A stretch of DNA of 64,000 nt. Origin: Christensenella sp. UBA7584. GTDB lineage: Bacteria; Bacillota; Clostridia; Christensenellales; UBA1242. Positions 1-6,645 of the stretch are shown here, piece by piece (positions within the stretch are counted from its first letter, which is position 1; the number at the start of each line of letters is the position of its first letter). The stretch covers positions 11,476 to 75,475 of the forward strand of contig DLKQ01000038.1 in assembly GCA_002477805.1 (NCBI GenBank), in the 5' to 3' direction. The translations under genes and the position numbers were made by a program. The notes beneath the pieces are model-generated. The model was not told where the DNA came from and did not search any database. It was given only the letters and a program-made list of their open reading frames with translations.

Positions 1-489
1 GCAATGGTTTTGGGTGTTCCAAATAGTGGGAAAAGTACGCTCATTAATAATCTGTGTGGTAGATATAAGGCGGTAACGGGAGATAAACCTGGTGTTACCA
101 AAAATACTCAATGGGTAAAAATTGGCGGAAATATTGAACTACTAGATACGCCTGGTACGCTTTGGCCATCATTTGAAAATCAAGAAATTGCAAAAAATTT
201 AGCTTTTATCGGAAGTATTCGCGATGAGGTTATTGATATTCCAGAACTTTCACTTGATTTTATTGCAAAACTTAAAAATGAATATCCTGAGTTTTTAATA
301 AATCGTTATGCAGTCGATTTAGATGCTGAGCCAGTAGAAATCTTGGAACAAATTGGAAATTACAGAAAATTTGTGCTTAGAGGTGGAGAAATTGATTATG
401 ATAGAGCAAGTAGGGCGCTAATTGATGATTTTCGAAAGGGTAGGCTTGGGAAAATTACTTTAGAAAAGGTAGGGGACTATGGCAACTAA
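1..489 (+). CDS. rbgA: Ribosome biogenesis GTPase A (YlqF/RbgA), C-terminal part; 5' end lies outside the window
   Basis: P-loop GVPNSGKST, KPGVTK and DTPG motifs. The frame is open to base 1. It is followed by rnhB, as in ylqF-rnhB operons. Confidence 0.85.
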   Translation, partial: AMVLGVPNSGKSTLINNLCGRYKAVTGDKPGVTKNTQWVKIGGNIELLDTPGTLWPSFENQEIAKNLAFIGSIRDEVIDIPELSLDFIAKLKNEYPEFLINRYAVDLDAEPVEILEQIGNYRKFVLRGGEIDYDRASRALIDDFRKGRLGKITLEKVGDYGN

Positions 490-1093
490 AACCGCATCTT
501 TGTTCGAGTTTGAAAATAAATATAAAAACGATGGATACAAATTTATTGCAGGAATAGACGAAGCTGGGCGAGGGCCTCTGGCTGGGCCTGTGGTGTGCGC
601 TTCAGTTATTATGCCTCTTGATGATATTGTTGAAGGTGTAAATGATAGCAAAAAACTTACGGAAAAGAAAAGAGAATTTTTGTATGATAAGATAATTGAA
701 AAGGCTATCGCATTTAAGGTTTGTTTTATTGACCAAAAGGTGATTGATGAAAAAAATATTCTTCAAGCAACAAAACAGGGAATGGAAATTTGTGTAAAAA
801 CAATGTTTGTAAAGCCTGATTTTGTGCTTGTTGATGCTGTAAAGGGGCTTAACATAGATATTCCGTACCTGTCTATTGTACACGGTGATGCTTTGAGTTA
901 TAATATTGCTTGTGCATCGATTTTGGCAAAAGTTTCTAGAGACAGATTTATGCTTGAAATGGACAAAGAATATCCTGAGTATAATTTCAAACAGCACAAG
1001 GGCTACGGAACAAAAGAGCATATTCAAAATTTACAGAAATATGGGAAATGCCCTTTGCATCGTGAAAGTTTTATTAAACATTTTGTGAGTTGA
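479..1093 (+). CDS. rnhB: Ribonuclease HII
   Basis: GIDEAGRGPLAGPV catalytic motif, DSKKL and HGD..S motifs. It overlaps the rbgA stop by 11 nt. Confidence 0.9.
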   Translation: MATKTASLFEFENKYKNDGYKFIAGIDEAGRGPLAGPVVCASVIMPLDDIVEGVNDSKKLTEKKREFLYDKIIEKAIAFKVCFIDQKVIDEKNILQATKQGMEICVKTMFVKPDFVLVDAVKGLNIDIPYLSIVHGDALSYNIACASILAKVSRDRFMLEMDKEYPEYNFKQHKGYGTKEHIQNLQKYGKCPLHRESFIKHFVS

Positions 1094-1095
1094 AA

Positions 1096-1440
1096 ATGAA
1101 TACAAGACTAATTGGTAATGCAGGTGAAAAACTTGCTCAAAAATTTTTAAAGAAAAATAAATATAAAATTTTAGAAACAAACTACTCTAACAAAATTGGC
1201 GAGATTGATATTATTGCTTATGACAAAAAAGAGGATAGTATCGTCTTTGTGGAGGTAAAAACAAAATCTTCTGATTTTTTTGGTTTGCCAAGAGAAATGG
1301 TAGATGAACATAAAATATACAAAATAGAACAAGTGGCAACATCTTACTTAATGGCCAAGAGGCTTGTTGGTAAGAGAATTAGATTTGATGTTGTTGAAGT
1401 TTTTGATGATAAAATAAATCACCTTGTTAATGCTTGGTGA
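1096..1440 (+). CDS. YraN family (UPF0102) endonuclease-like protein
   Basis: GE..A..FL...Y.IL..N and GEIDIIA....VFVEVK pattern. I prefer the ATG at 1096; the ORF track starts at TTG 1090, which overlaps the rnhB stop. Confidence 0.8.
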   Translation: MNTRLIGNAGEKLAQKFLKKNKYKILETNYSNKIGEIDIIAYDKKEDSIVFVEVKTKSSDFFGLPREMVDEHKIYKIEQVATSYLMAKRLVGKRIRFDVVEVFDDKINHLVNAW

Positions 1441-1490
1441 TTTTATTATATTTGTTGGTTATAGAAATTACATATATTTAATATAAATTT

Positions 1491-1520
1491 AAAATAAAAG
1501 AGTTAAGCAAGTGCTTAACT
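1491..1520 (-). terminator. Intrinsic terminator after the minus-strand tRNA-Val/tRNA-Gly pair
   Basis: Hairpin AGTTAAGC-aagt-GCTTAACT at 1501-1520. On the minus strand it is followed by TCTTTTATTTT. Confidence 0.7.
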
Positions 1521-1524
1521 TCTC

Positions 1525-1600
1525 TGGAGCGAAAGACGGGACTCGAACCCGCGACCCTAACCTTGGCAAGGTTATGCTCTACCAACTGAGCCACTTTCGC
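1525..1600 (-). tRNA. tRNA-Gly (anticodon GCC), CCA encoded
   Basis: The reverse complement folds as a cloverleaf: acceptor GCGAAAG/CTTTCGC, anticodon stem TAACC/GGTTA with loop TTGCCAA, T-loop GGTTCGAGTCC. Length 76 nt. Confidence 0.95.
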
Positions 1601-1624
1601 ATATAAGATATACTTATATAAAAA

Positions 1625-1701
1625 TGGTGGGAGTTATAGGACTCGAACCTATGACCCTCTGCTTGTAAGGCAGATGCTCTAGCCAACTGAGCTAAACTCC
1701 C
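1625..1701 (-). tRNA. tRNA-Val (anticodon TAC), CCA encoded
   Basis: The reverse complement has acceptor GGGAGTT/AACTCCC, anticodon stem TCTGC/GCAGA with loop CTTACAA, and T arm ATAGG-TTCGAGT-CCTAT. Length 77 nt. Confidence 0.95.
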
Positions 1702-1904
1702 ACATTGTTCATCTTTGAACATCCACATTATATCAGTTAATTTTAAAAAAAGCAAGCGTTTTTAATAAAATTTTTAATAATTTTTACTAAAAATTGAAAA
1801 ATAACATAAAAACATTGATTTAATTAAATTTTTTTAATGAATTATCATAAAATACTTGCAAAACATATAATAGTTATGGTAAAATAAAAAAGTCATTTCA
1901 ATAT

Positions 1905-1979
1905 GGCGCCATAGCCAAGCGGTAAGGCCAAGGTCTGCAAAACCTTTATGCACCAGTTCAAATCTGGTTGGCGCCTCCA
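1905..1979 (+). tRNA. tRNA-Cys (anticodon GCA), CCA encoded
   Basis: Acceptor GGCGCCA/TGGCGCC, anticodon stem AAGGT/ACCTT with loop CTGCAAA, T arm ACCAG-TTCAAAT-CTGGT. Length 75 nt. Confidence 0.95.
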
Positions 1980-1982
1980 CGT

Positions 1983-2069
1983 GCCGAGGTGGCGGAATTG
2001 GTAGACGCAAGGGACTTAAAATCCCTCGGGAGTAATCCCGTATCGGTTCGAGTCCGATCCCCGGCACCA
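1983..2069 (+). tRNA. tRNA-Leu (anticodon TAA), long variable arm, CCA encoded
   Basis: Anticodon stem AGGGA/TCCCT with loop CTTAAAA, variable arm GGGAGTAATCCCGT, T arm ATCGG-TTCGAGT-CCGAT. Length 87 nt. The acceptor stem has one A5.C68 mismatch. Confidence 0.9.
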
Positions 2070-2071
2070 AT

Positions 2072-2108
2072 AAAGAACTAAATCGAAACCGATTTAGTTC
2101 TTTTATAT
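2072..2108 (+). terminator. Intrinsic terminator after tRNA-Leu
   Basis: 14-bp perfect hairpin AAAGAACTAAATCG-aaac-CGATTTAGTTCTTT running into a T-rich tail. Confidence 0.85.
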
Positions 2109-2139
2109 TTATAAAATATGATGATTTTTTATAAGAATA

Positions 2140-2148
2140 TGCTATAAT
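2140..2148 (+). promoter_or_regulatory. Extended -10 promoter (TGcTATAAT) for the metallophosphoesterase gene
   Basis: TGCTATAAT at 2140-2148, AAAGAGG RBS at 2157-2163, ATG at 2172. The -35 region is weak. Confidence 0.5.
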
Positions 2149-2171
2149 GTTGACATAAAGAGGTTTTAAAT

Positions 2172-4424
2172 ATGGATTTTGATATAATAGATAAATACTA
2201 TTCAAAAGAAGATAGTTTATTTCACATTATTAGGGGAAAGAAATATTCTTTTGAAAGAGAAGAAAAAACTTACGCCATGTTTGACAAATTTTATAAAGCA
2301 TCAGATAAGGATTTAGCAAATGCTGATTTATTAGATTATGATTTTCAAGGAGTTGACTTGAGTAAGTATGATTTAACAAAAGCTAGAATTTCTTCGGAAA
2401 TAATGATTAAGCTTGGAATTTACAACAACTCTCTTTTTAAGTCAATAACTAAAGATAGTCATTTGGCGAACATAACACCTTCTACTTCGCTAGACTTAGT
2501 TCCTAGCAGACTTTTTAATTTTGAATTGATTGAAGATAATAATCTTGTTCTTTGCTATATTAGTGACCCACACTTAAATCATAAAATAATAAACAAGTTT
2601 AAAAATAGTGTAAACAAATTTGAATTAGAATCATATTTAAAAAAAATTGTAGAAAAATTAAAAGATAGTTTACCGACTTTTTCTTACAATTATAGTATTG
2701 TGTTTGTTGGAGATATTTCATATAATTTTGAAATTTTCAAGCTGTTTTTTAAGTCTTTTAGAAGAGAAATACCATATCAAAAAACTTTTGTCGTTCTTGG
2801 AAATCACGAGCTGTGGGATACAAAATTAAATAAAAATTGTAAATCAATAGAGGAAATAATTGAAAGTTATAGAAAATTTTTGAATTCTTTTGAATGTAAA
2901 ATTTATTTACTTGAAAATCAATTATTCTTGCCAAATGATAAGCAACAAATATACTCTCAAGAAGATATCTTGACTCTAGACAAAAACATCTTAAGACAAA
3001 AATTTTTGTGCAATGGCTATGCAATATTTGGTGGGATAGGCTATGCTGGTATGAATGAAGAATTTAATGCCAATCAAGGAATATATAGAACTCAATACAT
3101 TACAAGAGAACAAGAAAAAGAAAGGTCAAATAAAGTTGAAACCCTACATAAAAGGTTAACCTAAATAGCTGGTGATAAAAAAATATTTTTTATTACTCAT
3201 ATGCCAAAAGAAGATTGGTCAAAAAGTAATTATAATAAAAACTGGTTTTATATTTCAGGGCATACGCACAAAAATAAGTATATTGAAAATGAAGAACTTA
3301 AAATTTATGCAGATAATCAGGTTGGATACTCGGGAGATTCATATGGTTTTAAATATTTAATGACATCAAAAGATTTTGATATTTTTCAGGATTATAGTGA
3401 TGGTATTTACGAAATTACTCGAGAACAATATAAATTGTTTTACTATGGAGTTGGCTCTAGAATAGATTTTAATCGTGACTTTGAAAAACTTTTTATGCTC
3501 AAAAGAAATGGAATATATTGCTTTTTAATAAAAACTAACAATTGTAATAATTTAAAATTACTAAATGGTGGAATTGTTAAAAATGTTGAAAAACACGATA
3601 TAAATTATTTTTATGAGAATCTTGTAAATTATTCTAATTCGGTTAAATTGTTTTTAGAATCTTATGAGAATTATCAAAAACAACTATCAAGTGAAATTAA
3701 AAAAATTGGTGGAAGTGGTTATATACACGGAAGTATAATCGATATTGACTTTTATAATCACTTATATGTTAATCCGCTTGATGCAACAATTACACCATAC
3801 TTTGCTTATTCAATGATTGATAAATATGTCTATATAAATTTGATAAGTTTATTAAAAGCACATAATAAAGAACTATATGGAAATTATATTAAATTATTAG
3901 AACATGGGAATAATAAAAATTTAATTGTTTTTAATAATAATTTACAAGAAAGCAATAAGAAAATACTTGTCCCTGGAACTGAAATGTATAGAATTTCAAG
4001 GATATTAAAAAGTTTCCAGTATACTACAAAAAATAATATAGTTCGATTGTGGAATGATACTATTGCTACCAACAGCACAAAAGAAAGTGGCAGACTAATT
4101 GTAAGTGGACTTATTAACCCCGAAGAAATGAAACAAATTAAGGCTGAACAAAGGGGAATTGAAAGACGACAACGAAAGATTGAATTAAAAAAAGAAAAAC
4201 AAAAGTCAAAACCATGCTTGACTGAAGAAGAAAAAAAGAAAATTTTATTTGAAAAATATTGTAATAAGCTTTTAAATCTCAACAAAAATATAAAAGTAAT
4301 TAGTTATAATGGAGCAAGAGAAAAGGCGGAATATGAATGTTTAATGTGTGGATATAAATGGTTCTATAGACCAGACCACTTTTCTGATAGATATAAATAC
4401 AGATGTCCAAAATGTAAAAATTAA
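2172..4424 (+). pseudogene. Calcineurin-like metallophosphoesterase with N-terminal pentapeptide-like repeats and C-terminal zinc ribbon, interrupted by one in-frame TAA (3162-3164)
   Basis: ORFs 2172-3164 and 3201-4424 share one frame. Reading through gives ..HKRLT*IAGDKKIFFITHMPKED... Motifs DPH (YISDPHL), GD (FVGDIS), GNHE, ITH and GHTH are all present. The C-terminus carries CLMC..17 aa..CPKC. Confidence 0.7.
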
Positions 4425-4439
4425 AACTTTTGAGATCGT

Positions 4440-4497
4440 GGCGTGTGCTTGCCTTGATACAAGGCTGTTGCTTCGCTCCAGCAGACAAGTACACGCC
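4440..4497 (+). other. GC-rich three-way-junction element in the 3' UTR of the phosphoesterase gene (candidate structured RNA or recombination-site relic)
   Basis: P1 pairs 4440-4451 with 4486-4497 (12 bp, one G.U). P2 pairs 4452-4456 with 4460-4464. P3 pairs 4465-4470 with 4479-4484 (one U.G). By my count 33 of 58 bases are G/C, in an AT-rich context. Confidence 0.4.
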
Positions 4498-4535
4498 AGC
4501 AAGCAAAAACATTTTACAAAATCAAGTGGGCAAAA

Positions 4536-4575
4536 GGCGTTCACATGCTAAAGCAAAAGTGAACCGCCTTTTTTC
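4536..4575 (+). terminator. Intrinsic terminator of the phosphoesterase gene, nested inside a 14-bp outer inverted repeat (4521-4534 / 4576-4589)
   Basis: GGCGTTCAC-14 nt loop-GTGAACCGCC followed by TTTTTTCTTT. The outer arms ATCAAGTGGGCAAA / TTTGCCCACTTGAT are perfect. Confidence 0.8.
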
Positions 4576-4591
4576 TTTGCCCACTTGATAC

Positions 4592-4641
4592 CTTTGTTGT
4601 ATATAAACTATACACAAAGTTATGGTTTTGTTTACTTTTTG
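4592..4641 (+). terminator. Second, tandem terminator-like hairpin
   Basis: CTTTGT(T)GTATA-taaac-TATACACAAAG (11 bp, one bulge) followed by TTATGGTTTTGTTTACTTTTT. Confidence 0.5.
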
Positions 4642-4910
4642 TATATGTAAAGTATAGATTTAGTTCATTGTATTTTTCAAAAATGCGTATTAACATTTCT
4701 TTGTAAACTAATATTTTGTCAAATAAAGTTAGGTTAAATCAAAAATGCGTCATAGTTTAGATATGTAATTGTCAAACAATGTCATTCTAAAATTTAAGTG
4801 ATTATGTTATGTTTACAATGAGTTAAAAAGGCAACGCAAAAATGTAAATTGAGATTTTGTTTATAGGTTTTGCTTTTAGCCAAAAATAAAAGCCAGTGAT
4901 TGCATTTTAT

Positions 4911-4947
4911 GGGCGTAGAAAAACAAGGTTTTTTCTATGTCCTTTTT
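4911..4947 (+). terminator. Strand-specific intrinsic terminator in ORF-free DNA
   Basis: 13-bp stem GGGCGTAGAAAAA / TTTTTTCTATGTCC with two G.T pairs that work only on the plus-strand RNA, then TTTTT. Confidence 0.6.
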
Positions 4948-5096
4948 AATTCCAAATTTTCGTAATAAGGAGTTAAAAAATGCAAAAATTAAAAGTTATT
5001 TTTACAAATGAAATAGATATTTGTGTGTTTAACGAAGAATTTTTAATCATTCTATACGACCATATTTAGTAAGTAAAAATTTAAAATTGGGATTCT

Positions 5097-5127
5097 AGCG
5101 TGTGCTTGTCTTGTACAAGTAAACACT
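5097..5127 (+). repeat. Deleted second copy of the 4440-4497 element
   Basis: AGCGTGTGCTTGTCTTGTACAAG-TAAACACT aligns with GGCGTGTGCTTGCCTTGATACAAG[26 nt]TACACGCC. The missing 26 nt lie between two ACAAG direct repeats of copy 1. Confidence 0.6.
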
Positions 5128-5130
5128 TTT

Positions 5131-5268
5131 CTTTCGCCTTGAGATGATAAACGAAAACTCTTTATTGTCAAGGGTGAAATGTATTGATTCTCAACCCTTG
5201 ACAATAAAATAAAGATAACAAACAAAAATCTATTAAGCCATTTTCGTTTTTTTTATCTCTGTCGAAAG
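5131..5268 (+). promoter_or_regulatory. Highly structured leader of the serine recombinase gene, containing a 48-bp palindrome (5161-5208)
   Basis: A long-range helix pairs 5131-5157 with 5241-5268 (CTTTCG/CGAAAG, GAGAT/ATCTC, AAACGAAAA/TTTTCGTTT). It encloses the 15-bp perfect arms TTTATTGTCAAGGGT / ACCCTTGACAATAAA around an 18-nt spacer. The RBS AAAGGAG is at 5287-5293. Confidence 0.45.
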
Positions 5269-5300
5269 GCAAAAAATAAATAGTTAAAGGAGTAAAAAAT

Positions 5301-5666
5301 ATGAAAACAGCAGTAATTTATGCTAGATATTCAAGCGATAGTCAAACCGAGCAAAGTATTGAAGGACAATTACGAGTCTGTGAAGAATTTGCTCAAAGGA
5401 ACGATTTAGTTATACTCAACACATATATTGACCGAGCAATGACAGGAACAAATGATAATAGACCCGACTTTCAAAAAATGATAAAAGAGAGTTCTAATCA
5501 TGAATGGCAATATGTAATTGTTTACAAACTAGACAGATTTTCAAGAAACAAATATAAAACTGCAAAATACAAAAAAACATTAAAAGATAATGGTGTAAAA
5601 TTGTTGTCTGCAATGGAAAAGTTGTTGGAATTGGTGGCGTTATCAATTTTATTGTTCCAGAATTAA
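5301..5666 (+). pseudogene. Serine recombinase, N-terminal catalytic domain only (truncated)
   Basis: AVIYARYSSDSQ (catalytic Ser region), SIEGQ, RPDFQKMI and VYKLDRFSRN motifs. The family-like sequence ends near ..GVKLLSAME (about 5616), followed by unrelated residues and a stop. Full-length relatives are several hundred aa. Confidence 0.8.
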
Positions 5667-5896
5667 ACGATGTCTATAGTGGTTGGGAAACTAATCAACA
5701 ATGGAAGAAAAATTGCTTCAACATTATTAAAAATGATAAAAACGTTTATCTAACGCTACTCAAGAGATTTAAAACTTTTTGCGAAAATCGCCATCTTTGT
5801 ACTAAAGAACGACTATTTACAAGTTTTAATGAAAGTTTCGGTTTATGGTCGAAAAAACAAAATCAAGCACTATTTGATGAAATTAAAAAACTTTAA
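5591..5896 (+). pseudogene. Orphan 3' gene fragment in another frame with no start codon; possibly the recombinase C-terminus after an internal deletion
   Basis: An open frame from 5591 reads ..VVGIGGVINFIVPELNDVYSGWETNQQW...ALFDEIKKL* and ends at TAA 5894-5896. A weak hairpin GAGAAT/ATTCTC plus a T-run follows. There is no ATG or RBS. Confidence 0.35.
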
Positions 5897-6133
5897 AAAG
5901 GAGAATTGTTACAATATTCTCTTTTTTATATTAGGTAAATCTAAATGATAATTTCTTTTGTAAATGAGGTGTTTAGACTTTCTTTAATCCAATTTAAAAT
6001 TATAAAAAGATTTTGTAATTATTTTATTGAAATTATGACAACATAAAAACTGAAAGTGAAAAAATTTTATAAACTAGAAAATTTGTTTTACTTTTTTTTT
6101 ATTTTGTGCTATTCTTATTGGAAAGGGGTTGAA

Positions 6134-6622
6134 ATGGTAATATTAGGAATTGACCCAGGTTATGGATTGGTTGGGTTTGGTGTTATTGAAAAAAATGGTG
6201 GAAATGTGAAAGTTTTGGATTTCGGCTGTATATCAACACCAAAAGAAAAGAAATTATCTGAAAGACTTGAGATTATTTCTAACTGTATGCAAATTTTAAT
6301 TGAAAAATGGAAACCTGATGTGATGGCGATTGAAAAACTTTTCTTTAATAAAAATATTACAACAGGCATTCCTGTTGCTCAAGCTAGGGGTGTAATAATT
6401 TTAGCAGCACAGGAAAGAAATATTCCAATTTATCAATACACTCCACAAAACATAAAAATGGCACTTACTGGTATGGGTAATGCAGACAAGGCTCAAATGC
6501 AATTTATGGTAAAAACACTTTTAGGATTGAAACAAGCCCCAAAGCCAGATGATGCGGCAGATGCGCTTGCTGTTGCTATTTGTCATAGTCAAACAAATTT
6601 ACAAATGGCTGGAAGTATTTAA
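6134..6622 (+). CDS. ruvC: Crossover junction endodeoxyribonuclease RuvC
   Basis: ILGIDPGYG catalytic Asp region and DAADALAVAICH C-terminal motif. I moved the start to ATG 6134, behind a GAAAGGGG RBS. Confidence 0.9.
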   Translation: MVILGIDPGYGLVGFGVIEKNGGNVKVLDFGCISTPKEKKLSERLEIISNCMQILIEKWKPDVMAIEKLFFNKNITTGIPVAQARGVIILAAQERNIPIYQYTPQNIKMALTGMGNADKAQMQFMVKTLLGLKQAPKPDDAADALAVAICHSQTNLQMAGSI

Positions 6623-6645
6623 GGAAATAAAAGAGGATAAAAAAG

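Noticed and set aside
460-1027. Antisense ORFs inside rnhB (460-651, 602-1027). The same class includes those inside the phosphoesterase gene (3884-4285), ruvA/B (7044-7793), pnp, mutS (41786-42659), mutL, miaB, thiI, pheS/T and others in the ORF track.
   Set aside because: They lie fully within well-supported genes on the other strand, lack RBSs, and have F/L/S/I-rich shadow composition typical of antisense frames.
1834-2205. 123-aa minus-strand ORF
   Set aside because: It runs antisense straight through tRNA-Cys and tRNA-Leu and their terminator. Its length is explained by the GC-rich tRNA sequence lacking stop codons.
3172-3360. 62-aa ORF bridging the gap between the two phosphoesterase ORFs in another frame
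   Set aside because: The in-frame continuation across the TAA gives the conserved FFITH and GHTH phosphoesterase motifs. The alternative frame gives low-complexity sequence.
4300-4551. Three overlapping 67-70 aa ORFs on both strands across the end of the phosphoesterase gene
   Set aside because: They are kept open by the GC-rich hairpin region (4440-4590) and by overlap with the real gene's 3' end. They have no RBS.
6056-6133. N-terminal extensions proposed by the ORF track for ruvC. The same applies to secD (9473-9529), the YgjP-like gene (35078-35188), the PBP (45237-45287), spoVAC (56477-56494) and chbG (62718-62753).
   Set aside because: Internal ATGs with good Shine-Dalgarno sequences match the conserved protein N-termini. 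The extensions cross promoters or terminators (secD, chbG) or translate AT-rich leader DNA.
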